From contig JAAWNF010000003.1 of the NCBI GenBank assembly GCA_022798795.1, positions 1-57,346 on the forward strand: DNA of 57,346 nt, given 5' to 3'. A program made the position numbers and the translations under genes. A model generated the notes under the pieces. The model made no database searches, had not been told where the DNA came from, and saw only the letters and a program-made list of their open reading frames with translations. The DNA comes from Bacilli bacterium (GTDB taxonomy: Bacteria > Bacillota_I > Bacilli_A > RF39 > UBA660). Shown piece by piece: positions 1-8,907 of this stretch; the stretch's first letter is position 1; each line of letters begins with the position of its first letter.

Positions 1-1
1 C

Positions 2-2395
2 AACTTTGATAATCAAATCAATGGAGAAAATAAAAGAGAACAATTTCACTCACAGGAGCTAGAAATATTACATGGAGCAAGCGAGAAAGTAAAAGCAGAA
101 ATATTAAAATATAGAAAGAAAACAATTATTATTTGTGTATCGAATCGTTATCAAGTTAATAAATTACTAGAAGAATGGAATGATATTTCAATTGCTTTTA
201 CTTCAATAAATGAAATAGTAGAGAATGCGATTAATATAGTAATCTATCCAATAACGCAAGGATTTCTATTTAAAGATTATGTTGTTATTAGTGAACGAGA
301 ATTATTTGCGAAACAAGATTATTCTAGTAAATATAAAAGTAACTTTAAAATAGGAACAAAAATAAAAAATTTATCCAGTCTAGAAGAAGGAGACTATGTC
401 GTTCATGTCGCCCATGGAATTGGAAAATATTGTGGATTAAAAACATTAGTGAAAAATGGTTTTAAAAAAGATTATTTGAATATTGAATATAAAGATGGCG
501 ACCATTTATATGTACCAGTAGAAAAGATAGAATTTATTCATAAATATTCATCTAAAGATACAGCAATGCCAAAACTGAGTAAATTGGGTGGAACAGAATG
601 GCAGAAGAAAAAATTAAAGGCAAGAGAGCGGGCAGAAAGTATCGCAGGAGAATTATTAGAACTTTATTCCTCAAGAGAATCCATAGAAGGTTTTGCATTT
701 GAAGAAGATTCAAAAGAACAATTGGAATTTGAAAAAGAATTTCCATATCAAGAAACATTAGACCAAATAAAAGTATCTACAGAAATCAAAAAAGATATGG
801 AAAAACCACATCCTATGGATAGACTACTATGTGGAGATGTTGGTTATGGAAAAACAGAAGTAGCATTTCGTGCCATTTTTAAAGCAATTCATTCTGGAAA
901 ACAAGTAGCATTTCTTTGTCCAACAACCATATTATCAGGGCAACATTATAGAAATGCAATAGAACGCTATCAAAATTATCCGTTTAATATTTGTCTTTTA
1001 AATCGATTTGTCAAGCCGAAACAATTGAAAGAAAATTTAAAGAAAATCGAAGAAGGAAAAATAGATTTGGTCATAGGGACACATCGTTTATTAAGTGATG
1101 ATGTAAAATTTAAAGATTTGGGATTATTGGTCATTGATGAAGAACAGAGGTTTGGAGTAAAACATAAAGAAAAGATAAAGCAGTACAAAAATAATATTGA
1201 TGTATTAACTTTATCAGCAACTCCAATTCCAAGAACTCTTCAAATGTCAATCGCTGGGATTAGAAGTATGTCTTTAATAGAAACCCCTCCAGTAAATCGT
1301 TATCCTGTTCAGACTTATGTATTAGCAGAAAATGCGCAAATGATAAAAGATGCTGTTTATAAAGAATTAGGGAGAAATGGACAAGTTTTTATCTTATATA
1401 ATCATATTGAAAGTATGGAAAGAAAAGAGCAAGAGATAAAACAATTAATACCAGAGGCTAGAATAATCAGTGTGCATGGTCAGATGGATAAAAATGATAT
1501 GGAAGATAAAATTATGGATTTTATAAATCAAAAGTATGACATTTTATTATGTACAACAATTATTGAAACAGGAATTGATATGCCAAATGTGAATACATTA
1601 ATCATTTTAGAAGCAGATTACTTTGGCTTATCACAACTTTATCAAATCAGAGGAAGAGTAGGAAGAAGTAATAAAATTGCTTATTGCTATTTGATGTATA
1701 CTCCAGGAAAAAGTTTATCAGAAATAGCAACCAAACGATTAACAGTCATTAAAGATTTTACAGAATTAGGAAGTGGATTTTCAATTGCCATGAGAGATTT
1801 ATCAATACGTGGAGCAGGGGACGTATTAGGGAGTGAACAAGCTGGTTTTATTGATACTGTAGGAATGGATTTGTTTTTAGAAATGTTAAACGAAGCTGTA
1901 GAAAAGAAAAAAGGAAATATAATTGAAGAAAAGAAAGAAGAAGAACAACCATTACTAGATGTAGAAACAGCAATAGATAATGATTATGTTTCAGATACTG
2001 AATTAAAAATTGAAATTCATCAAAAAGTAAATCAAATTAATTCAAAAGAAAAACTTTTGGAAGTTAAAAAAGAAATAGAAGATAGATTTGGTAAAATTTC
2101 TGATTCATTAGAAATTTATATGTATGAACAGTGGTTTGAAAAATTAGCTCATCAATTAGATATAGAAAATGTGAAGCAGACAAAAAATTCTATTGAATTA
2201 ATTTTGAATCCTAAAAAAATGAAATTAATAGATGGAGAAAAATTATTTTTAAAAGCTTCTGAATTGTCAAGGTCAATTCGTTTTAGTAGTCGTTTTTCAA
2301 GATTAGTAATCACCTTAGATATTGTTCATTTGGATAAACATTATATTTATTATTTAATAGAACTTTTAGAAATTTTAGAAAAATGCCAATCGTAA
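2..2395 (+). CDS. mfd: Transcription-repair coupling factor, 5' truncated by the window edge
   Basis: The frame is open from base 2 (NFDNQING...LEEGDYVVHVAHGIGKY, CarD/RID domain), so 449 is not the real start. SF2 helicase motifs CGDVGYGKT, DEEQRFG, TATPIPRTL and QIRGRVGR, followed by a TRCF domain. Confidence 0.97.
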   Translation, partial: NFDNQINGENKREQFHSQELEILHGASEKVKAEILKYRKKTIIICVSNRYQVNKLLEEWNDISIAFTSINEIVENAINIVIYPITQGFLFKDYVVISERELFAKQDYSSKYKSNFKIGTKIKNLSSLEEGDYVVHVAHGIGKYCGLKTLVKNGFKKDYLNIEYKDGDHLYVPVEKIEFIHKYSSKDTAMPKLSKLGGTEWQKKKLKARERAESIAGELLELYSSRESIEGFAFEEDSKEQLEFEKEFPYQETLDQIKVSTEIKKDMEKPHPMDRLLCGDVGYGKTEVAFRAIFKAIHSGKQVAFLCPTTILSGQHYRNAIERYQNYPFNICLLNRFVKPKQLKENLKKIEEGKIDLVIGTHRLLSDDVKFKDLGLLVIDEEQRFGVKHKEKIKQYKNNIDVLTLSATPIPRTLQMSIAGIRSMSLIETPPVNRYPVQTYVLAENAQMIKDAVYKELGRNGQVFILYNHIESMERKEQEIKQLIPEARIISVHGQMDKNDMEDKIMDFINQKYDILLCTTIIETGIDMPNVNTLIILEADYFGLSQLYQIRGRVGRSNKIAYCYLMYTPGKSLSEIATKRLTVIKDFTELGSGFSIAMRDLSIRGAGDVLGSEQAGFIDTVGMDLFLEMLNEAVEKKKGNIIEEKKEEEQPLLDVETAIDNDYVSDTELKIEIHQKVNQINSKEKLLEVKKEIEDRFGKISDSLEIYMYEQWFEKLAHQLDIENVKQTKNSIELILNPKKMKLIDGEKLFLKASELSRSIRFSSRFSRLVITLDIVHLDKHYIYYLIELLEILEKCQS

Positions 2396-2460
2396 TTTTG
2401 AAAAAATGTTACCATTTAATTTGAAATAATATAAAAAATGTAGATTTATATTTTTTTTCT

Positions 2461-2606
2461 AAAAATGAAAAAACTATGATATAATGGTGTTAACAAACTG
2501 TTATAGTTGGTTTAGTAAGGAGTGAAAAAATGAAAAAACTATGATATAATGGTGTTAACAAACTGTTATAGTTGGTTTAGTAAGGAGTGAAAAAATGAAA
2601 AAACTA
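2461..2606 (+). repeat. Exact 65-bp tandem duplication (2461-2525, 2526-2590) plus a 16-bp partial third copy
   Basis: The unit aaaaatgaaaaaactatgatataatggtgttaacaaactgttatagttggtttagtaaggagtga occurs twice. It carries a TG-extended TATAAT (2480-2485, 2545-2550), the RBS aaggag and ATG-AAA-AAA-CTA. Confidence 0.97.
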
Positions 2607-3125
2607 CTACAAATGGGATTGTGCTGTTTATGCTGTGTTGGATTTTTATGTGGATGTGATAGTAATGACACTGATACAAAAAATCCTGGTAAAGACAATA
2701 ACCAAGAAACGGAGAATAAGGATAAAGAAAAAGAAAAATACGCCTTGGGAAAAGCTTTTAAGTTTGATGATTTAGAAATTACAATTGGAAGCGAATTTAC
2801 ATATGCAATTGTTGACAATAAATATTCTGACCATCATCAAAAAGAAGTTATTAAAATTCCTGTAACTGTGAAAAATTTATCAGAAGAAACTCATGGGTTA
2901 AATATGTTTTACTATGATTTTTATGGTTCTCAAGGAACTGAGTTAGATTCAGTATCCGCTTATTTTTCAGAAGATAGTGTAGATTATGCTGGAGATTTAA
3001 GAACAGATGCATCATATACAAAATATTTCTATGTATTATATGATGGCGATGGAACATATACAGTTGAATTTAATAATTTTAGTGAAAAAATCAGTATTGA
3101 TTTTGAAGTAAAAAAAGCACAATAA
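2595..3125 (+). CDS. Lipoprotein with a DUF4352-like immunoglobulin-fold domain
   Basis: Signal peptide MKKLL...FLCG-C (lipobox), charged linker, then IPVTVKNLSEE...FYGSQGTELD...L..GAS.TKYFYV pattern. RBS aaggag. Confidence 0.75.
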   Translation: MKKLLQMGLCCLCCVGFLCGCDSNDTDTKNPGKDNNQETENKDKEKEKYALGKAFKFDDLEITIGSEFTYAIVDNKYSDHHQKEVIKIPVTVKNLSEETHGLNMFYYDFYGSQGTELDSVSAYFSEDSVDYAGDLRTDASYTKYFYVLYDGDGTYTVEFNNFSEKISIDFEVKKAQ

Positions 3126-3127
3126 AG

Positions 3128-3153
3128 AAAAAAGTTGGATTTTCCAACTTTTT
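3128..3153. terminator. Bidirectional intrinsic terminator between convergent lipoprotein and ppaC
   Basis: aaaaaagttgga-ttt-tccaacttttt hairpin with A and T tracts on both sides. Confidence 0.8.
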
Positions 3154-4774
3154 ATTTTGCTTCATATTGTGCCATAATATTTGGAACAACTTGTTTTTTA
3201 CGAGAAACAATATTTGGTAAATAAGTTCCTTCTTGAATGGTTCTAAGTCCATATGCAGAACGAAGTAAACTAGCTCCTTCATTACTATATAAAATATAAG
3301 AACCATTTTCAATAATATCAGTTATAAATAGAGCTGTAAAATAATAATCATTCTCCATAGAAACTTGGTTTAATAAATCAACATAAGCATCTTTGTTAGA
3401 TAAAATTTCTTCAGCATTGGTTGTTGTAATTTGACCAATTCCCATTTTTCTATCCCCTAATGGAAAAATTTTAAAGTCTGTATAAAGGACTTCATAAGGT
3501 GTTTTTCCTTTTATACTAGAACCAGCCTTTAACATATTAATTCCATACTCTTTATAATCTATTCCTATTAAGTTACTTAATTCAGTAACAACAGTTCTAT
3601 CTAAATCTGTAGTTGTAGGTGATTTTAAAATAAGTGTATCAGATAAAATTCCAGATAACATTAATCCCGCCATTTGTTTTGGAATTGGAATTAAATTTTC
3701 ATTGTAAAGTTGATATATAATTGTATTTGTACTACCTACTGGCATATTTCTAAAATTAATAGGCATAGACGTTCCTATTGTTCCAATATTATGGTGGTCT
3801 ATAATTTCCATAATATCCGCTTCTTCTAAACCAACAACACTTTGGTCATAAGAATTATGGTCAACTAAAATAACTTTGTGACGTTTTACTTCATTTGCAT
3901 CTGAAAGTCTTAGCATTCCTAAACATTTTTCATCTCTATTGATAACAGGATAATAGCTATATTTCGTTTGATTCGCTATAGAAATAAATTCCTTGACATC
4001 ATCTAATTCTTGAATGCATAAAACATTTTTAACAGATACAATTTCACTTGCATATTTACATAAATTAAAAATTCTGGTTACTTTAAATGTGTCATAATCT
4101 GTTTTAATGATATTAACCTTATTTGCTTTTGCAATTTCAACATGTTCAGGTTTAATATTAGAACCTCCTGTTAAAATAATTAAACGAGCTTTATTGTTAA
4201 CTGCATATTCAATAACACTATGTCTATCACCCATAATGACAATACTAGAACGGTCTATTTTTATTGTTTCAATAATTGTTGTACTTTTATAAGATGCAAC
4301 AAAAGCTTCCCCTTCTATTTCTTCATCAAAACGAGTAAGTGCAGTTCCATTTAAAACTTCTAAAATATTATCATAAGAAGCTTTTAAATGATGTAATTCA
4401 TTGGATAATTGGTCTTCTGCAATATCACCCATACTCAGAATTCCAACTAAATGTTGTGCTTCATCAACAACTGGAATTTTGTGAATTTTTGCAGTTGTCA
4501 TTGCTAAAAATCCCTGATAAACAGAAGTTTTATCTGTGATGAAATATTTTTTTGAATAGTTTAAATCTTTTACTTTCACTTTTACATCATTTAGATACTT
4601 TGGAGTATCTACTTTAAAAAAATCAAGCGCATATTTTGTTTCATTATTGATATCGCTCAATACTACTGGCACTGCATTTACTCCTAATTGGTTTTTTAAG
4701 TAAGAAAGGGTAATCGCAGCGGTGACACTGTCAGTATCTGGTCTTCTATGACCAAAAACATAAACTTTTTCCAT
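3152..4774 (-). CDS. ppaC: Family II Mn-dependent inorganic pyrophosphatase with CBS-DRTGG-CBS insert
   Basis: GHRRPDTDS, VDH and IIDHH (DHH) motifs; CBS domains flanking a DRTGG domain (ILTGG); C-terminal DHHA2 (SRKKQVVP). Confidence 0.93.
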   Translation of the reverse strand: MEKVYVFGHRRPDTDSVTAAITLSYLKNQLGVNAVPVVLSDINNETKYALDFFKVDTPKYLNDVKVKVKDLNYSKKYFITDKTSVYQGFLAMTTAKIHKIPVVDEAQHLVGILSMGDIAEDQLSNELHHLKASYDNILEVLNGTALTRFDEEIEGEAFVASYKSTTIIETIKIDRSSIVIMGDRHSVIEYAVNNKARLIILTGGSNIKPEHVEIAKANKVNIIKTDYDTFKVTRIFNLCKYASEIVSVKNVLCIQELDDVKEFISIANQTKYSYYPVINRDEKCLGMLRLSDANEVKRHKVILVDHNSYDQSVVGLEEADIMEIIDHHNIGTIGTSMPINFRNMPVGSTNTIIYQLYNENLIPIPKQMAGLMLSGILSDTLILKSPTTTDLDRTVVTELSNLIGIDYKEYGINMLKAGSSIKGKTPYEVLYTDFKIFPLGDRKMGIGQITTTNAEEILSNKDAYVDLLNQVSMENDYYFTALFITDIIENGSYILYSNEGASLLRSAYGLRTIQEGTYLPNIVSRKKQVVPNIMAQYEAK

Positions 4775-4829
4775 AAACTCCTCCTTAAAATCCGTATATA
4801 CGATTATATCATATTTTTGAAAAAGTGTC

Positions 4830-4858
4830 GTATAAAATTGTTATTTCCTCACAAAATA
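4830..4858 (+). promoter_or_regulatory. Candidate sigma-G (forespore) promoter of spoVT
   Basis: GTATA (4830-4834), 17 nt, CAAAATA (4852-4858). This matches the GnATA-N17-CATAATA pattern, and spoVT is sigma-G dependent in Bacillus. Confidence 0.55.
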
Positions 4859-4879
4859 TGGTTAGAAAGTGAGGAAAAT

Positions 4880-5407
4880 ATGAAAGCAACTGGTGTTGTA
4901 AGAAGAATTGATGAATTAGGTAGAATTGTAATACCAAAAGAAATCAGAAAAACATTAAGAATAAAAGAAGGAGAAAACCTAGAAATTTATATAGATAATG
5001 AAGCCATTATATTAAAAAAATATTCTTCTATTCATAGTTTAGATGAATTTGCTCAAAAACTAACAGATACAATTTCAAGTTTATTAAAAAAAACTGTGAT
5101 AATTACAGATAGTGATACTATAGTTGCAGTATCAGGAGAACTGAAAAAGAAATATTTAGGGCAGAAAATAAGTAATGAACTGGAATCTATAATTAAAAAG
5201 AGAAGCCAAATATTAGAAAAAGGTATAGAATCAATAAGAATATCAGAAATAGCGGAAACAGGAAGTTACACATATGCACCTATTATTGCAAATGGAGATG
5301 CTTTAGGAATTGTATTGATATTATCAAAAACAGAACCTTTATCTGAATCAGAAGAGCAGATAGTTAAAATAGTTGCTAATTTTCTAGCAAAACATCTTGA
5401 ACAATAA
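4880..5407 (+). CDS. spoVT: Stage V sporulation protein T (AbrB-type DNA-binding domain plus GAF domain)
   Basis: MKATGVVRRIDELGRIVIPKEIRKTLRIKEGENLEIY plus a C-terminal GAF domain (APIIANGDALGIVLILSK). The start is moved from 4748 to ATG 4880 behind the RBS gtgagg. Confidence 0.93.
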   Translation: MKATGVVRRIDELGRIVIPKEIRKTLRIKEGENLEIYIDNEAIILKKYSSIHSLDEFAQKLTDTISSLLKKTVIITDSDTIVAVSGELKKKYLGQKISNELESIIKKRSQILEKGIESIRISEIAETGSYTYAPIIANGDALGIVLILSKTEPLSESEEQIVKIVANFLAKHLEQ

Positions 5408-5425
5408 TAGAAAACATGATATAAT
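5397..5425 (+). promoter_or_regulatory. Sigma-A promoter of the T-box-dut-metG transcript
   Basis: TTGAAC (5397-5402), 17 nt, TG-extended TATAAT (5420-5425). Confidence 0.8.
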
Positions 5426-5446
5426 GGCGTCGTTTTAAAAACTTTG

Positions 5447-5687
5447 AAAGAGAGAATACTAGCAATTATTCAAAGAGAACTTACATTTGGTGAAAGTAGG
5501 TAATAGGAACTAGTACGAATGGCTCTGGAGTTGTTTATCTGAATTTTTAGGATAAACCGCAATTTGCGTTATAAAAGCAAGGTAAAATAAGTATGTGTAT
5601 TTCTTACGAAAAAGCTTATTTTATAAAAAAAGGTGGTACCACGTTATCCCACGTCCTTTTATTTTGGACGTGTTTTTTCTTTTTTTG
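5447..5687 (+). ncRNA. T-box riboswitch, Met specifier
   Basis: Stem I (agag/ctct and tactag/ctagta pairings; AGAGA and GGTGAA motifs), specifier ATG at 5519-5521 followed by a purine, T-box AAGGTGGTACCACG (5630-5643), and terminator acgtcc...ggacgt plus U-tract. The UGGU bulge fits an A73 discriminator (Met), not G73 (Trp). Confidence 0.9.
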
Positions 5688-5734
5688 AAAGATTTTTAAG
5701 ACGAATTTCGTATAATAAAAGTGGAGGATTATGT

Positions 5735-6226
5735 ATGGCAAGATATTTTGAAAAAATTAGTTGGGAACAATGGAAAAAAGATATTGGAAATGATAGAGAA
5801 GTTTACGATAATCATGAGCTTCCAAAACGTCAAACAAAATTTAGTGCAGGCTATGATTTTAAAAGCCCAATCGATTTTGTTTTACATCCAGGAGATGTAA
5901 AGAAAATTCCAACAGGTATAAAAATAGCTATGAATGAAGATGAGATGTTAATGCTCGTTGTAAGAGGTTCCGTAGGATATAAATATAATATACGAATGAC
6001 AAATCAGGTTGGGATATTTGAAGGCGATTATTTTAATTGTCCATCAAATGAAGGACATGCTTGGATAAGCCTTCAAAATCATAGTTCAGAAGATTTTGTT
6101 GTAAAAACTGGAGAACGAATTGTACAGGGGATTTTTACAAAATTTTTAACAGTTGATAATGAAGAAATTGTAGAAAATGTAAGACAAGGTGGATTTGGTA
6201 GTACCAATAAGGAGGAAAGAAAATGA
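5735..6226 (+). CDS. dut: Trimeric dUTPase
   Basis: Motifs AGYDF, RGSVG, G.FEGDY, RIVQGIF and RQGGFGST. The start is moved to ATG 5735 behind GGAGG. The stop overlaps the metG start (ATGA). Confidence 0.9.
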   Translation: MARYFEKISWEQWKKDIGNDREVYDNHELPKRQTKFSAGYDFKSPIDFVLHPGDVKKIPTGIKIAMNEDEMLMLVVRGSVGYKYNIRMTNQVGIFEGDYFNCPSNEGHAWISLQNHSSEDFVVKTGERIVQGIFTKFLTVDNEEIVENVRQGGFGSTNKEERK

Positions 6227-7800
6227 AAGAAAAATTTTATATATCAACAGCAATTGCTTATACATCTGGGAAGCCACATATAGGAAATACTTATGAGATT
6301 GTGCTAGCAGATGCAATCGCACGCTTTAAAAGATTAATGGGATATGATGTTTATTTTCAGACAGGAACAGATGAACATGGAGAAAAAATAGAAATAAAAG
6401 CAAAAGAAGCTGGTAAACAACCCCAGGAATTTGTTGATGAAATCGCACTTGAAGTACGAAGAATTTGGGATGTTATGAATACTAGTTATGATTGTTTCAT
6501 GAGAACGACTACTCCAGTACATGAAGAATGTGTAAAAAAAATATTTAAACGTCTTTATGAACAGGGTGATATTTATAAAGATGAATATGAAGGATTATAT
6601 TGTACACCTTGCGAATCATTTTTTACTGAAACGCAGTTGATAGATGGAAAATGTCCAGATTGTGGAAGAGATGTCCATAAAATGAAAGAAGAAGCTTATT
6701 TCTTGAAATTAAGCAAATATAGTAAACAGTTAGAAGAATATATAGAAACACATCCACATTTTATTGAGCCAGAAAGTCGAAAAAATGAAATGATTAATAA
6801 CTTTATCAAACCAGGCTTACAGGATTTATGTGTTTCTAGAACGTCGTTTACATGGGGAGTTCCAGTAGAATTTGACCCAGGTCATATTGTGTATGTTTGG
6901 ATAGATGCATTAAGTAATTATATTACTATGTTAGGATATAATCCAGAAGGAGAAAGCAGTGAGCGTTTTCATAAATATTGGCCAGCAGATTTGCATTTAA
7001 TTGGAAAGGACATTTTAAGATTTCATACAATTTATTGGCCTATTATTTTAATGGCTCTAGATTTGCCACTTCCACATCAAGTTTTTGGTCATCCTTGGTT
7101 ACTTTGTGGAAATGATAAAATGAGTAAATCAAAAGGAAACATCATTTATGCAGACGATTTGGTTGGTTTATTTGGAACAGATGCAGTTAGATATTATTTA
7201 TTACATGAGATTCCGTTTGCAAGTGATGGAACATTCACTTATGAATTATTAATTGAAAGAATAAATTCTGATTTGGCAAATATTTTGGGAAATCTAGTGA
7301 ACCGTACCATTTCGATGTCTAGAAAATATTTTGATGGAATTGTGAAAGAGCCAAAAGCGCCAGAAGAAATTGATAAAGAATTGATAGAGATTGTGAAGAA
7401 AGCCTCAAAAAGAGTGGAAGAAAAGATGAATGAATATAGAGTTGCAGATGCAATAGATGAAATCTTTGAGATTTTTAGAAGAAGTAATAAATATATTGAT
7501 GAAACAATGCCATGGGCACTTGCAAAAGATGAAGGTAAGCGTGACCGTTTAGCAACAGTTCTTTATAATTTACTAGAGGCGATACGTTCAGGAGCAGTGT
7601 TATTACAAGCTTTTTTACCAGAAACAGCAGATGAAATATTTAAACAATTAAATACCGAAAATCGTTTTATAGAATCATTGAATGAATTTAATGGCTTAGA
7701 TGTAGGGATAGAACTTCATGAACCTTCTCCTTTGTTTGTGAGAATCGAAAAAGATAAAAAATTAGCAGAAATCGAGGAAAATAATAGAAATAAGATGTAA
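6223..7800 (+). CDS. metG: Methionyl-tRNA synthetase, short form without the C-terminal tRNA-binding domain
   Basis: HIGN and KMSKS signatures, GTDEHG, one Zn knuckle (CTPC...CPDC), YVWIDAL. Confidence 0.97.
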   Translation: MKEKFYISTAIAYTSGKPHIGNTYEIVLADAIARFKRLMGYDVYFQTGTDEHGEKIEIKAKEAGKQPQEFVDEIALEVRRIWDVMNTSYDCFMRTTTPVHEECVKKIFKRLYEQGDIYKDEYEGLYCTPCESFFTETQLIDGKCPDCGRDVHKMKEEAYFLKLSKYSKQLEEYIETHPHFIEPESRKNEMINNFIKPGLQDLCVSRTSFTWGVPVEFDPGHIVYVWIDALSNYITMLGYNPEGESSERFHKYWPADLHLIGKDILRFHTIYWPIILMALDLPLPHQVFGHPWLLCGNDKMSKSKGNIIYADDLVGLFGTDAVRYYLLHEIPFASDGTFTYELLIERINSDLANILGNLVNRTISMSRKYFDGIVKEPKAPEEIDKELIEIVKKASKRVEEKMNEYRVADAIDEIFEIFRRSNKYIDETMPWALAKDEGKRDRLATVLYNLLEAIRSGAVLLQAFLPETADEIFKQLNTENRFIESLNEFNGLDVGIELHEPSPLFVRIEKDKKLAEIEENNRNKM

Positions 7801-7901
7801 AAAGTTGTAAATTGTCGAATTAAAAAGCTACTATTTGGTTGCTTTTCTAGATTTAAACATGCTATAGTTATAGTGTTGTTTAAAAAATAGAGGGAGAAAT
7901 T

Positions 7902-8069
7902 ATGACTACTAAGAATAAAGATATGAAGTGGGTTGTATTAGGTTTCATCGCTGTTTCATTGTTAGTTTTTGGTAGTATTGTAGTAGAACAGAATATAGTA
8001 GACATGATTTATTTGACTTGTGTCTTAGTATATTTTATACGTTATATTTTTATAAAAGTAAGAAGTTGA
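7902..8069 (+). CDS. Small two-helix membrane protein (55 aa), not in the ORF track
   Basis: MTTKNKDMKWVVLGFIAVSLLVFGSIVVEQNIVDMIYLTCVLVYFIRYIFIKVRS*. RBS agggag; own promoter TTGCTT (7839-7844), 18 nt, TG-TATAGT (7863-7868). Confidence 0.75.
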   Translation: MTTKNKDMKWVVLGFIAVSLLVFGSIVVEQNIVDMIYLTCVLVYFIRYIFIKVRS

Positions 8070-8109
8070 AAATCATATCGATTAATGGTATGATTTTTTT
8101 GGTGATAAT

Positions 8110-8868
8110 ATGATGATTGATACACATTGCCATTTATGCAAAGAAGATTATGAGAATGTAGAATTGATTATAAAAAACATGGAAAATAATAAAATGATAG
8201 CAGCAGGAGTAAATGATGCGACCAATCAAGAGGTCTTAGAACTAGTAAAAAAATACCCCACTGTTTATGGAGCAATTGGAATCCATCCAACAGAAGTAGG
8301 AATGAGTGATGATGCTTCATTAGAAAGGATAGAAAATCATTTAAAGGACAATAAAATAGTTGCTATTGGAGAAATTGGTTTAGATTATCATTATGGAAAA
8401 AAAGAAAAAGAAAAACAAATTGAATTTTTTAAAAAACAGCTAGACTTAGCGCGCAAGTATCAAAAACCAGTTGTGATTCATAGTAGAGATTCCATAGAAG
8501 ACACTTATGATATTATGAAAGAATATAAAGATTTAAAAATGATATTACATTGTTATAGTGGAAGTGTAGAAATGGCTAAGCGTTTTTTAGAATTAGATGT
8601 TTATTTTGGAATAGGTGGAGTATTGACATTTAAAAATAGTCGGGTTTTAAAGGATGTGGTATATTTTTTGCCTTTAGACCATATATTATTAGAAACAGAT
8701 AGTCCTTATTTGGCTCCAGAGCCATATAGAGGTTCTAAAAATGAGCCAAAAAATGTTTTGTTAGTTGCGAATATGTTAGCAGAATTAAAAGGAATATCAG
8801 TAGAAGAAGTAATAAATATTACAACCAAGAATGCATTTTCTAGATTTGACTTGAATAAATCTCTATGA
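8110..8868 (+). CDS. tatD: TatD-family DNase (YabD-like)
   Basis: DTHCH, GIHP, GEIGLDY, IHSR, LHCYSG and LETDSPYLAP motifs. Confidence 0.95.
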   Translation: MMIDTHCHLCKEDYENVELIIKNMENNKMIAAGVNDATNQEVLELVKKYPTVYGAIGIHPTEVGMSDDASLERIENHLKDNKIVAIGEIGLDYHYGKKEKEKQIEFFKKQLDLARKYQKPVVIHSRDSIEDTYDIMKEYKDLKMILHCYSGSVEMAKRFLELDVYFGIGGVLTFKNSRVLKDVVYFLPLDHILLETDSPYLAPEPYRGSKNEPKNVLLVANMLAELKGISVEEVINITTKNAFSRFDLNKSL

Positions 8869-8907
8869 TAATATGATAGTAGGGGAATAACATAAGAGGT
8901 GAATCAT

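Noticed and set aside
2461-2606. 65-bp repeat as a CRISPR array or iteron set
   Set aside because: The copies are contiguous with no spacers, and no cas or rep genes are present.
3152-4774. CBS/DRTGG insert in the pyrophosphatase as a novelty
   Set aside because: This is the well-described CBS-PPase subfamily.
4748-5734. Long N-terminal extensions of spoVT (from 4748) and dut (from 5633)
   Set aside because: They overlap ppaC and the T-box terminator; RBS and homology point to 4880 and 5735.
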